From NCBI GenBank assembly GCA_965230295.1, contig OZ246001.1, positions 3,392,001 through 3,456,000 on the forward strand: a stretch of DNA of 64,000 nucleotides. The letters run 5' to 3'. Positions 43,066-52,460 of the stretch are shown here, piece after piece (the first letter of the stretch is position 1; the number at the start of each line of letters is the position of its first letter). The DNA is from Marinicella sp. GTDB taxonomy: Bacteria; Pseudomonadota; Gammaproteobacteria; Xanthomonadales; Marinicellaceae. A program made the translations under genes and the position numbers. The notes below the pieces were generated by a model. It made no database searches and was not told where the DNA came from. It was given only the letters and a program-made list of their open reading frames with translations.

Positions 43066-45507
43066 TTGAAAAACTCATTTATTTTATTGTTGCTGTTCAC
43101 ATTATCTGTTTTCGATACATCTGCAGCAGTTAAGCAGACCAAAGGCGACTTTGTTGACAAGTTCAGACAGTTAGACGAAATTCTTCCCACCCCAAATCGA
43201 TACAGAAATGCTGCGGGAGAACCTGGCATCGCTTATTGGCAACAACAAGTGGACTATGTGATTGATGTCAAGCTGAATGAGCAACAACGAAAAATCAACG
43301 CTGATCAAACAGTGACTTACCACAACAATTCACCCTATACATTGAAATACTTGTGGCTGCAACTGGATCAGAATCGATTCAAGCCTGATTCGATTGCGGA
43401 AAGAACCGCCGAATTTGGAGGCATTGGTCGGCGCGGACCCACCACCAAAAAAGTAACTGATGAAGCACCAGCAGCCATCAGCCTGGGAGAATTGCGCAGA
43501 CAACAATGGCTGTCTGATCATGAACCTGGCTATCAGTTTCAAACTGTTCAAGACACCAGTGGAAATGACTTGAATTACATAATTGTCGATTCGCAAATGC
43601 GAATTGATTTACCCGCAAGCCTTAAACCTGGTCAGCAGTTTCAGTTTAAGTTGGGTTACAGTTACCAAATTTTAGAAGAAAATGCTGTTTCGGCCCGTGC
43701 CGGTTACGAACATTTTCCTGATGACGAGCGCAAAGGCGGTAATGATATTTTCTTGCTGGCTCAATGGTTCCCTCGGTTGCAAGCCTACAGTGATTATGAA
43801 GCTTGGCACAACAAACCATTTTTGGGCCGAGGTGAATTCACCCTGGAATTTGGTGATTATGAAGTCAACATCACTGTACCTGCTGACCACATCGTTTCAT
43901 CTACAGGTACCTTGCAAAATGCAAATGATGTGTTGACCCAGAAGCAGTTGGATCGTTTAGAACAAGCCAAAACTGCCAAGAGACCTGTCTTTATCGTCAC
44001 TGCTGAAGAAGCTTTGAAAAATGAAAAAGCCGGAACCAAAGACAAAAAAACATGGCAATTCAAGGCTGATAACGTGAGGGATTTCGCATGGGCCTCCTCT
44101 AGAAAGTTCATGTGGGATGCCAAAGGTTATCAACAAGAAAGTGCTGAATACCCATTGGTGATGGCCATGTCCTTTTATCCCAAAGAAGGTGGAGATCTTT
44201 GGAAAAAATATTCGACCGAAGCAGTGATCCACACCATGGATGTGTATTCACGGTTTTCATTTGATTATCCTTATCCTGTGGCTCAAAGTGTAAACGGACC
44301 CGTGGGTGGCATGGAATACCCAATGATCACATTCAACGGTCCAAGAACCACGTGGCATGAAGATGGTTCAAGAACGTACACTTTGGCTGAAAAACGATTT
44401 TTGATTGGGGTCGTTATCCATGAAATCGGCCACATTTACTTTCCCATGATTGTCAATTCAGATGAACGTCAGTGGACTTGGATGGATGAAGGCATCAACA
44501 GCTTTTTAGATGGGGTAGCAGGGCGCGAATGGGATCCTGACATCCCTTGGGGTGTAGAACCCAGAGACATTGTAGATTACATGAAATCTGAGGTACAGGT
44601 CCCGATCATGACCCAGTCTGACAGTGTACTCAAATTGGGGCCCAATGCTTATACCAAGCCGGCTGCGGCATTGAACATATTGAGAGAAGTTGTACTAGGC
44701 AGGGAGTTGTTTGATTTTGCCTTGCGTGAATTCTCTCAAAGGTGGCAGTTCAAACGGCCTACACCAGCTGACTTTTTTAGAACCATGGAAGAAGCTTCAG
44801 GCGTTGACCTGGATTGGTTTTGGCACGGGTGGTTCTACACCACTGACCATGTAGATATTTCGATTGATAAAGTCTATCAGCTGCGCATCGATACCCAAAA
44901 CCCAGACATTGATTTTGATCGACAAAGACAACAAGAAGCAGACAAACCCACCTCGTTATTTGTGGAGCGTAATAGACAAGAGGGTAAACGTCTGTGGGTT
45001 GAGTTAAACCCTGATGTTAATGACTTTTACGACAAAAATGACCGATTTACTGTGACCAACAAAGAGCGCAATGAATACCGCCAGAAGATGGCAGATTTGG
45101 AGCTTAAAGAAAGGGAAACCCTGGCCAGGGCAGTCAAAGAAGACTTCAATTATTATGTGATTGATTTTTCCAACCAGGGCGGGTTGGTCATGCCTATTTT
45201 ATTGGAACTGACATATGCCGATGATACCAAGGAAATGATGTATATTCCTGCAGAGATTTGGCGGCGGTCGCCCCATGCTGTCAGTAAACTGATCATTACC
45301 CATCGTGAAGTGAAATCCCTAACGGTTGACCCCCAGTGGGAAACTGCAGATGTTGATATTGAAAACAACCATTATCCACGCAGAATCATCCCGTCAAGGA
45401 TTGAAGCGTTCAAGAAGGAAAAACAAACTGAACCTGAACACAGAGATATCATGCATGACATCAAAACCAAAGCCAAAGACCCCGAAACCAAAAAAAAGAA
45501 GAAGTGA
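43066..45507 (+). CDS. Secreted M1-family zinc aminopeptidase
   Basis: GGMEYP and HEIGH-x18-E (WMDEG) motifs; TTG 43066 follows GAGGAG and gives a clean signal peptide. Confidence 0.9.
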   Translation: MKNSFILLLLFTLSVFDTSAAVKQTKGDFVDKFRQLDEILPTPNRYRNAAGEPGIAYWQQQVDYVIDVKLNEQQRKINADQTVTYHNNSPYTLKYLWLQLDQNRFKPDSIAERTAEFGGIGRRGPTTKKVTDEAPAAISLGELRRQQWLSDHEPGYQFQTVQDTSGNDLNYIIVDSQMRIDLPASLKPGQQFQFKLGYSYQILEENAVSARAGYEHFPDDERKGGNDIFLLAQWFPRLQAYSDYEAWHNKPFLGRGEFTLEFGDYEVNITVPADHIVSSTGTLQNANDVLTQKQLDRLEQAKTAKRPVFIVTAEEALKNEKAGTKDKKTWQFKADNVRDFAWASSRKFMWDAKGYQQESAEYPLVMAMSFYPKEGGDLWKKYSTEAVIHTMDVYSRFSFDYPYPVAQSVNGPVGGMEYPMITFNGPRTTWHEDGSRTYTLAEKRFLIGVVIHEIGHIYFPMIVNSDERQWTWMDEGINSFLDGVAGREWDPDIPWGVEPRDIVDYMKSEVQVPIMTQSDSVLKLGPNAYTKPAAALNILREVVLGRELFDFALREFSQRWQFKRPTPADFFRTMEEASGVDLDWFWHGWFYTTDHVDISIDKVYQLRIDTQNPDIDFDRQRQQEADKPTSLFVERNRQEGKRLWVELNPDVNDFYDKNDRFTVTNKERNEYRQKMADLELKERETLARAVKEDFNYYVIDFSNQGGLVMPILLELTYADDTKEMMYIPAEIWRRSPHAVSKLIITHREVKSLTVDPQWETADVDIENNHYPRRIIPSRIEAFKKEKQTEPEHRDIMHDIKTKAKDPETKKKKK

Positions 45508-45511
45508 TTGA

Positions 45512-46030
45512 ATGAAAGTACAGTTAGTAAGGAATTTTATGGTAATGGTGTGTTCCTTGAGTGTTTCAACGCTTGCCATGTCACACCAAATGAAAGAATC
45601 CATTTCAGTGATGACTTTCAACCAGAATTCTGGGCTGGTTGAAATCGCCCACAGGATTTATGTGCATGATGCGGAAGTTGTGTTGAAGCACATATCCGAC
45701 CTCAACAGGGATTTGCTGACTGATCATCAGGCACAAAATGATTTTGTACAATACATCGTCAATCACTTTTCAGTGAAATTTGATTCGGTTCCATTGGCTT
45801 TGAAATTATTGGGGCTGGAGATAGAAGGGCAGCATATTTGGATTTACCAGGAATATCCATACTCGGTAAAACCCAATTTCATTTCGGTCAATTATAATGC
45901 CATGATGGATTTATGGCCTGACCAACGGCATGTGATCAACATTGAAGGCCTGGGTTCTGTCAGATCAATGCAGCTACTGAGCGATGATTTCAGTCAAGTT
46001 ATCGATTTAGGAACAGTAAATACTGAGTAA
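45512..46030 (+). CDS. DUF6702-like secreted protein
   Basis: Signal peptide followed by His; EIAHRIYVHDAE; coupled to the M1 gene. Confidence 0.65.
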   Translation: MKVQLVRNFMVMVCSLSVSTLAMSHQMKESISVMTFNQNSGLVEIAHRIYVHDAEVVLKHISDLNRDLLTDHQAQNDFVQYIVNHFSVKFDSVPLALKLLGLEIEGQHIWIYQEYPYSVKPNFISVNYNAMMDLWPDQRHVINIEGLGSVRSMQLLSDDFSQVIDLGTVNTE

Positions 46031-46308
46031 ATGGCTGTTGTTGGTTTTTATTTTTCAGCCATCAAGGTTTTAGTCATGCTGGTGGTCAGCCCACAAAAAC
46101 GACTAACAACGCAGAGGGGGGGAAAATTGGAACCAGCCCATGGTTAAGTCTGAAATCCACACACGCGGAGTTATTCACCACATGTTTTGCGCCTTGATTG
46201 CGGTGATTTCAACCTTAACAGTGGTCATTCAGTCAGAATTTACAGGCCCCCAATAGGCCAATAGTCACGATTGTGTTGTATGCATTGGATAACCCTTCAC
46301 ACACACAG

Positions 46309-46325
46309 AAGATATGTTGTATCAT
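46309..46325. promoter_or_regulatory. Zur-type operator 5
   Basis: AAGATA-TGTTG-TATCAT, one mismatch from operator 4; upstream of the M3 peptidase. Confidence 0.65.
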
Positions 46326-46402
46326 CTATCAACTTTGAAAGTCTGTGTGGATATATACAGTCGTTTAATTGACAATTTATTCAACACCGTTATGAGGTTA
46401 AC

Positions 46403-48580
46403 ATGAAAAAAAATATACTGTGGGCACTTTTGATTGCCTTTCTATTCACCGCTTGTGCAGAACAAGAAGCTGTTGAAACACAACCAATTGTTGAAAATCA
46501 AGTAGAAGTACAAGAGGTCATTGCGGTTGCCAACCCGTTTGACCAAAAATGGGATACACCTTTCCAAATTCCTCCGTTTGATCAAATCAAAGATGAGCAT
46601 TACTTGCCAGCAGTTAACAAAGGCATAGACATCTTAAAGAAAGAAATCAACGCCATCACCATCAATGAAGAGGCGCCTTCTTTTGAAAACACCATTGTGG
46701 CATTAGAGCAGTCCGGTAAAGATGTCAGTCGTGTGATGCGTGTCTTTGGTAACATCACTGGTACCGATACCAATGATCAACTCAAAGCTTTACAGGTACA
46801 AATTTATCCCATGTTAACCAGAGAAACCGATGCCATTGTGTTGAATGATGCCTTATACCAACGTGTTGATGAAGTTTATCAAAATCGAGAGTCGCTGGGA
46901 TTGGATCAACAAGATGCCAGGTTGTTGGAATTGGTACACTTGGGCTTCATCCGAGCGGGTGCTTCTTTGGATGATGTATCCAAAGCACGATTGAAAGAAA
47001 TCAATGCTGAAATTTCTTCATTAACCACCAATTTTGCCCAAAATTTATTGGCTGAAACGAAATCTTTTGAAATGGTGGTTACCGATGAAGCGCAACTGAA
47101 AGGTTTGTCAGATCAGATGATCAGTGCCGCGAAAAGCAAAGCTGAAAGTAAAGACAAAGAAAACGCCTGGGTATTTGGTCTGGATAGGTCAACTTATGAA
47201 GGCTTCATGACATTTTCTGAAAACCGTGAGTTACGAAAAATCATGTTTGATGGTTACCGTGCCAGAGGTGCCAATGGCAATGATAATGACAACCGTGATT
47301 TGGTCATGAAAATCTCTAAGTTGAGGGCTGAAAGGGCTCGGTTATTAGGCTATGAAAGTCACGCCCATTATCAACTTGAAACTCGCATGGCCAAAACCCC
47401 TGAAAACACCGAAGCTTTCCTGATGGAAGTCTGGAAGCCCGGCTTAGCCAGAGCCAACCAGGAAAAAGCTGAAATGCAAGCCATCATCGATGAAGAAGGC
47501 CATGATTTTGAGTTGGCTGGACATGATTGGTGGCATTATGCCGAAAAATTACGCGGCAAAAAATATGCCTTTGATGAATCCCAGGTTAAACCTTATTTTG
47601 AATTGAATAATGTGATCAATGGCGCCTTCCATGTGGCCAATGAACTGTTTGGCTTGACATTCACTGAACTGAAAGACACACCCCGATGGCATCCCAACGT
47701 TAAAGTATATGATGTCAGAGGTGAAGATGGGCAACATCTGGGGGCGTTCATGGCAGATTTTTACAGCCGTGATTCAAAACGTGGTGGTGCCTGGATGAGC
47801 TCGTTCAGACTGGCATCATCGGTTGATGGCAAAGTTGTTCGACCTATCATCACCAATAACCTCAATGTGACTCCGCCTGCCGAGGGAGACCCCACCTTAT
47901 TGAGCTTCAATGAAGTCAATACTTTGTTCCATGAATTTGGTCATGGCTTACATGGTTTGATGACCGAAGCCCGCTATGAAAGGTATGCGGGCACCAGCGG
48001 CAGTCCCAGAGATTTCACTGAGTTTCCGGCTCAATTTCTTGAGCATTATGCAGCTGCACCTGAAGTGCTGCCTATTTATGCCAAACATTATCAAACTGGT
48101 GAAGTGATTCCTGCTGAATTACTGGAGAAACTACAGGCTTCAAGAACACATAATCAGGGGTTTAAGACCACTGAATTTATTGCTGCTTCTTTGCTAGATT
48201 TGGCTTGGCACAAAATGAATTTTGATGAATTGAAACAAATCACGGATGCCGATGTTTTTGAAAATGAGACATTGACAGAATATGGTTTGTTGGGCGAGAT
48301 TGGCCCTCGTTACAAGAGTACATATTTTGCGCACATCTTTTCATCGCCCAATGGTTATTCAGCTGGATACTACGCCTACTTGTGGTCTGAGATATTGGAC
48401 GCCGATGGGTTTACAGCTTTCCGTGAAGCTGGTGACATCTATGATGAAACCCTGGCCAATCGAATTGCAGATCACGTTTACAAAGCCGGCGGTAGAGAGC
48501 CAGCTGATGAACTATATAGAAAATTTAGATTGAAAGATCCCACCATCGAACCATTATTGAAGATTCGTGGTTTGGACTAA
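46403..48580 (+). CDS. M3 peptidase (dipeptidyl carboxypeptidase-like) lipoprotein
   Basis: Lipobox FTAC; KRGGAWM, FHEFGHGLH and GYSAGYYAY motifs. Confidence 0.92.
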   Translation: MKKNILWALLIAFLFTACAEQEAVETQPIVENQVEVQEVIAVANPFDQKWDTPFQIPPFDQIKDEHYLPAVNKGIDILKKEINAITINEEAPSFENTIVALEQSGKDVSRVMRVFGNITGTDTNDQLKALQVQIYPMLTRETDAIVLNDALYQRVDEVYQNRESLGLDQQDARLLELVHLGFIRAGASLDDVSKARLKEINAEISSLTTNFAQNLLAETKSFEMVVTDEAQLKGLSDQMISAAKSKAESKDKENAWVFGLDRSTYEGFMTFSENRELRKIMFDGYRARGANGNDNDNRDLVMKISKLRAERARLLGYESHAHYQLETRMAKTPENTEAFLMEVWKPGLARANQEKAEMQAIIDEEGHDFELAGHDWWHYAEKLRGKKYAFDESQVKPYFELNNVINGAFHVANELFGLTFTELKDTPRWHPNVKVYDVRGEDGQHLGAFMADFYSRDSKRGGAWMSSFRLASSVDGKVVRPIITNNLNVTPPAEGDPTLLSFNEVNTLFHEFGHGLHGLMTEARYERYAGTSGSPRDFTEFPAQFLEHYAAAPEVLPIYAKHYQTGEVIPAELLEKLQASRTHNQGFKTTEFIAASLLDLAWHKMNFDELKQITDADVFENETLTEYGLLGEIGPRYKSTYFAHIFSSPNGYSAGYYAYLWSEILDADGFTAFREAGDIYDETLANRIADHVYKAGGREPADELYRKFRLKDPTIEPLLKIRGLD

Positions 48581-48602
48581 AAACTAATCTTGCATCAAAA
48601 TC

Positions 48603-48635
48603 AAAAAACCACCTCACTGTGAGGTGGTTTTTTTT
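48603..48635. terminator. Bidirectional intrinsic terminator
   Basis: AAAAAACCACCTCA-CTG-TGAGGTGGTTTTTTTT between convergent genes. Confidence 0.88.
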
Positions 48636-48658
48636 ATGCATTGTTTTATGTTTTTGAT

Positions 48659-49429
48659 TTACATCATTCGCTCAATCACCCAATAACAACCCAAAGCGCC
48701 AATCATCAGGCTGCCTGGGACCACAACCAATGAACGGTACTTCGTTTTTTTCATGAATTTAAACAGCAATAAAAACACCACTGTGGCAAAACCCAATTGA
48801 CCAATTTCAACACCCAGGTTAAAACCGAGTAGGGCGCTGAAAAAATGCCCCCCCGGAATGCCCAAGTCGCTCAAAGCACCCGCAAATCCCAAGCCATGTA
48901 ACAAGCCAAAAGCGAACACCAATGCATAGCGCCTCATGCCAGCTGTTTGTTTCATGAAAATGTTCTCAAATGCCACAAAGGCTATAGAAAAGGCGATGGC
49001 CACTTCAATCCAGATACCTTGAAGCACAATAACCCCCATCACACTGAGAATCAACGTCACACTGTGCGCCAAGGTGAACAGTGAGATTTGTATGATCAAT
49101 TGCCTGAATGTGGCAGCTGATAACAGCAAAGCCAAAACAAAGGCCAAATGATCCAGACCCATGGGAATGATGTGTTCAACCCCTAATTGGGTATACAACA
49201 CGAAGGTACTGAATGGTGATCGATCCAATTCAATTTCTGGTAAACCTTCACCCTCAATCGTATTGCTTGCTCGATCCAATTCTGCCAATTGAGCGCACAG
49301 CATGGGATCCATTTCTGCTTCTTGGCAAAAGTCGTCTTCAGGATGACTCCAACCATCACATAACAATAGCATCATGATGATCAATGTTAAGTATTTAATC
49401 ATTGCAAGTGATTTGGACCAGTCAGTCAT
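48659..49429 (-). CDS. HupE/UreJ-family metal transporter-like protein
   Basis: GVEHI..GLDH, FTLAHSVTL, FGLLHGLGFA and FNLGVEIGQ motifs; start may be 49402. Confidence 0.88.
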   Translation of the reverse strand: MTDWSKSLAMIKYLTLIIMMLLLCDGWSHPEDDFCQEAEMDPMLCAQLAELDRASNTIEGEGLPEIELDRSPFSTFVLYTQLGVEHIIPMGLDHLAFVLALLLSAATFRQLIIQISLFTLAHSVTLILSVMGVIVLQGIWIEVAIAFSIAFVAFENIFMKQTAGMRRYALVFAFGLLHGLGFAGALSDLGIPGGHFFSALLGFNLGVEIGQLGFATVVFLLLFKFMKKTKYRSLVVVPGSLMIGALGCYWVIERMM

Positions 49430-49524
49430 AGGGCGGTTGTTCTACAGCACGGGAAGTTTGAGCCGATAGACTAGATGAAATTTCCTATGAAAGCAAGGGC
49501 TTAATGTCATTAAAAATTGAATTT

Positions 49525-49962
49525 GGAAAGCTGCTGAGCAGCTTGACCGGCCAAGCCGGTTAGGCAGTGAGTGGAATAAAGGTGGTTTTGCGAAGCAAAG
49601 AAACCTCATGTGAATGGCGTTATAGCACAGGCAATGAAAGTTGGGCGGTTTTATCGAAGATAAAGAAGCCCGATTTGAATGCCGTAGTGCGTGCGAGGTA
49701 GCAAGTCATGTTCGCCTCGGCAGCTACCGCATCGATCCCCAGGACGGGGTGAATGCAGAAAATTGTTGGGAACAATTCCTGCCTGCTATCGCTGCATACT
49801 TACATCCATGTAAGCAGCCATTTTCACTTTTGTCTGGAACAGGCATGCAGTGCGAAGCAACTGCTCAGACAATAGTCTGTAAAGGTCGGTTTATTTGCGC
49901 AGCAAATATGAAGACCTGTCAGACCATGAACCAGAATGAAGCCCCAAGAAAATTCCTTAAAT
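49525..49962 (+). repeat. Structured non-coding repeat (MITE/REPIN-like), left copy with nested hairpin inserts
   Basis: 49822-49962 matches the reverse complement of 59684-59824 at 138/141; outer 24 bp GGAAAGCTGCTGAGCAGCTTGACC is identical. Confidence 0.9.
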
Positions 49963-50052
49963 CACGCATTGTATTTTTTTTAAATTTATTTTGAGCCGTT
50001 TCACGCCTCTTCTCCGAATCTGTAGTTAATCACTACAAAACGGGAGCAGGCA

Positions 50053-50697
50053 GTGCAATTCAAATCTAACTTATTATTCTTGGTATTCAGCTTGACGTTG
50101 GTTGCTTGTGGGGGAAGCAGCAACTACCGTCCGGTTGATAATGTGTCAGGTCGCCCCACCACTTATGTCGACCCGGGATCACGCGGCGTTGTCAGTGGTG
50201 TGGGGGTGGAGTCACAGGACATCTTGTCGATGACTGAACAAATGATGCGCAGCATCATCTCCAGCGGTATTCTTAACAATCGCACCAGGCCGCCTCGAAT
50301 CATCATGGACGCAGCCTTCTTTGAAAACCAAAGCGCCCAAGCCATCAATAAAAACCTGATAGTTGACCGTTTAAGAACTGGGTTGATCCGTGCTTCGCAA
50401 GGTCGAATGATGTTTGTTGCCAGACAAAACATCGCGATGGTTGAAAAAGAGCGCCAGTTAAAACGTGCAGGCACGGTTGACCAGGGATCTGCAGGGTTGA
50501 CCAAAGCCACAGCAGGAGGAGATTACCGTTTAACTGGCAGCATCAAGTCTTTAGATGCCAGAGATCGTTACACTGGAGCCATTCAACGCTATTCACAAAT
50601 CACCTTTGAATTGGTTGATTTGGAATACGGCACCATCGTTTGGGCCGATGATTTTGAATTTTCCAAATTCGCTCAAGACGACGCGATTTACCGCTAG
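50053..50697 (+). CDS. LpoB/CsgG-like lipoprotein
   Basis: Lipobox LVAC; FVARQNIAMVEKERQL, DYRLTGSI and FELVDLEYGTIVWAD motifs. Confidence 0.75.
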   Translation: MQFKSNLLFLVFSLTLVACGGSSNYRPVDNVSGRPTTYVDPGSRGVVSGVGVESQDILSMTEQMMRSIISSGILNNRTRPPRIIMDAAFFENQSAQAINKNLIVDRLRTGLIRASQGRMMFVARQNIAMVEKERQLKRAGTVDQGSAGLTKATAGGDYRLTGSIKSLDARDRYTGAIQRYSQITFELVDLEYGTIVWADDFEFSKFAQDDAIYR

Positions 50698-50703
50698 GAG
50701 GTT

Positions 50704-51966
50704 GTGATGAAAAGCAGTGTTGTGTTGTTGTTGATATTTGGGTTATTGGGATGCAGCTCAGCACCTAAGTATGCCTACGAACAGTCTGTCGCTGAAGACC
50801 AGTTGAATGTCTTTATGCAAGGAAAACCAGGGCATTATCGGCCCTATTTTGAGGTGTATCTCAGACAAGGTGCCCGCAACAGTGTTCTCAATGAAACGCG
50901 AATAGGCTTATTGGCTTTACAAAATGGTGATGAAGATTTGGCTGCTTGGTTGTTTGATCGAGCCATCAACAAAATTGAATCCATCTATGCCAACAACAAA
51001 ACCGCCAAAAAGGCCCGTTCAAAGTTTAAGAAAGAAGAACTCAAAGACTTTAAAGGTGAACCCTATGAACGTGCCATGGCCTATTTTTACCGAGGTCTGA
51101 TTTACTTAAAAAATGACGATTTCGAGAATGCCCGAGCCAGTATGTTGGGTGGCTTGCTGCACGATTCCATGGCTGAAGACCAAACTTACGAACAAGATTT
51201 TGCGAGTCATTTTTATCTGGCTGGTTGGGCCTCCTATTGCAACAATAACCCGTCTCAAGCAGATGATTACTTCAGCCAAGCACAAGAATTAAATGCCGCA
51301 TTACAGCCTCCTCAAACAGGACAAAACCTGCTTATTCTGGCCACCTCAGGTTTGGGTCCCAGTAAATTCAGAAAAGGTAAATACAATGAATTGATGGCAT
51401 TTGATACCAGCAGCATACAAAGCGCAGCAGGCATCAAACGCCCTGTGATCTATCAAAACAATCAAACCCTGTACTTTGCCACTGCGGAGAACATCCACTG
51501 GCAAGCCACAACTCGTGGTGGCCGCACCATTGATGTGATCAACCAAGGCAAAGCTGTTTTCAAGGACAACACCGATCAGATGGGTTCAGCCTTAACCAGT
51601 ACCGGCTCTACATTGATGAACACTGGATTGAGTCAAAACAACCGAAAACTGGGCAATGCCGGTGCGGTCATGGCCTTGTTTGGTTTGGTGTCAAAAGGAG
51701 TGTCAAAAGCAACCAAACCAACGGCAGACATCAGGTATTGGGATAATTTGCCGGCATTCGTCTATACCAGCGTGACCAACAAACAAGCGTTGCGTTCAGC
51801 CAGCCCCCAATTACATTTTGTTGATGCCCTTAAACAAAATCAGCAAGACATGACACCCGAATTGCTGAAAGTCATGCAGCACAGTTTGGAAACAGATGAT
51901 AGCTGTGATGTGCTGTATGTTCACAGTGACCCAGGCTATCTGAGTTACCGCCACATTAACCAATAA
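50704..51966 (+). CDS. COG3014-like TPR lipoprotein
   Basis: Lipobox LLGC; FKGEPYERAM, DDFENARA and ADIRYWDNLP motifs. Confidence 0.7.
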   Translation: MMKSSVVLLLIFGLLGCSSAPKYAYEQSVAEDQLNVFMQGKPGHYRPYFEVYLRQGARNSVLNETRIGLLALQNGDEDLAAWLFDRAINKIESIYANNKTAKKARSKFKKEELKDFKGEPYERAMAYFYRGLIYLKNDDFENARASMLGGLLHDSMAEDQTYEQDFASHFYLAGWASYCNNNPSQADDYFSQAQELNAALQPPQTGQNLLILATSGLGPSKFRKGKYNELMAFDTSSIQSAAGIKRPVIYQNNQTLYFATAENIHWQATTRGGRTIDVINQGKAVFKDNTDQMGSALTSTGSTLMNTGLSQNNRKLGNAGAVMALFGLVSKGVSKATKPTADIRYWDNLPAFVYTSVTNKQALRSASPQLHFVDALKQNQQDMTPELLKVMQHSLETDDSCDVLYVHSDPGYLSYRHINQ

Positions 51967-51977
51967 AGAGGTGCCTT

Positions 51978-52460
51978 ATGAGATTATTCATTGCTATCAC
52001 GATTTTAGTATTATTAAGTGGTTGTGCGTCTAAACCGAGACAAGCCCCGCCAGTGACATTTCCAACCTGTGATTTTACCCATGCACCACACGGCTCTGCA
52101 CCCAGAGGTTATGGAGCTTTGGTACCAGCCATCAAAGGCACCATGCACCCAATTGCCTTATCAACGGTCAGTATCACCGATACAGCCTTGTTGCGACGCA
52201 TCGTGGTACAGGACGTCAAAGCCATGCGCAGTCAATCTGAACAACTCAATGTTTTCGCTCGCATTGTGAACTGTACTGACTATCCAATCATCTTAGAAGC
52301 AAGAACCCAATACTTGGATGCCAACCAAGTCATCGCTGAACCTGTGACACAGTGGAAGCGGATTTACTTACCAGCCAGGACCATAGGTAACTATCAAGAA
52401 GCATCGATCAGGCAGCCCATGCCAGACACTTTCTTGATTGAACTGCGAGAACAATTATGA
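51978..52460 (+). CDS. YcfL/DUF1425-like lipoprotein
   Basis: Lipobox LSGC; NCTDYP.ILEARTQYLD...W; operon context. Confidence 0.65.
   Translation: MRLFIAITILVLLSGCASKPRQAPPVTFPTCDFTHAPHGSAPRGYGALVPAIKGTMHPIALSTVSITDTALLRRIVVQDVKAMRSQSEQLNVFARIVNCTDYPIILEARTQYLDANQVIAEPVTQWKRIYLPARTIGNYQEASIRQPMPDTFLIELREQL

Noticed and set aside
49525-49962. CRISPR array, tRNA or riboswitch interpretation of the repeat
   Set aside because: No regular repeat-spacer period, cloverleaf or recognisable aptamer consensus; no cas genes in the window.
49641-49994. 117-aa ORF sharing LLSGTGMQCEATAQ... with ORF 59682-59888
   Set aside because: Both are translations of the non-coding repeat; no RBS, no protein motif and different N-termini.
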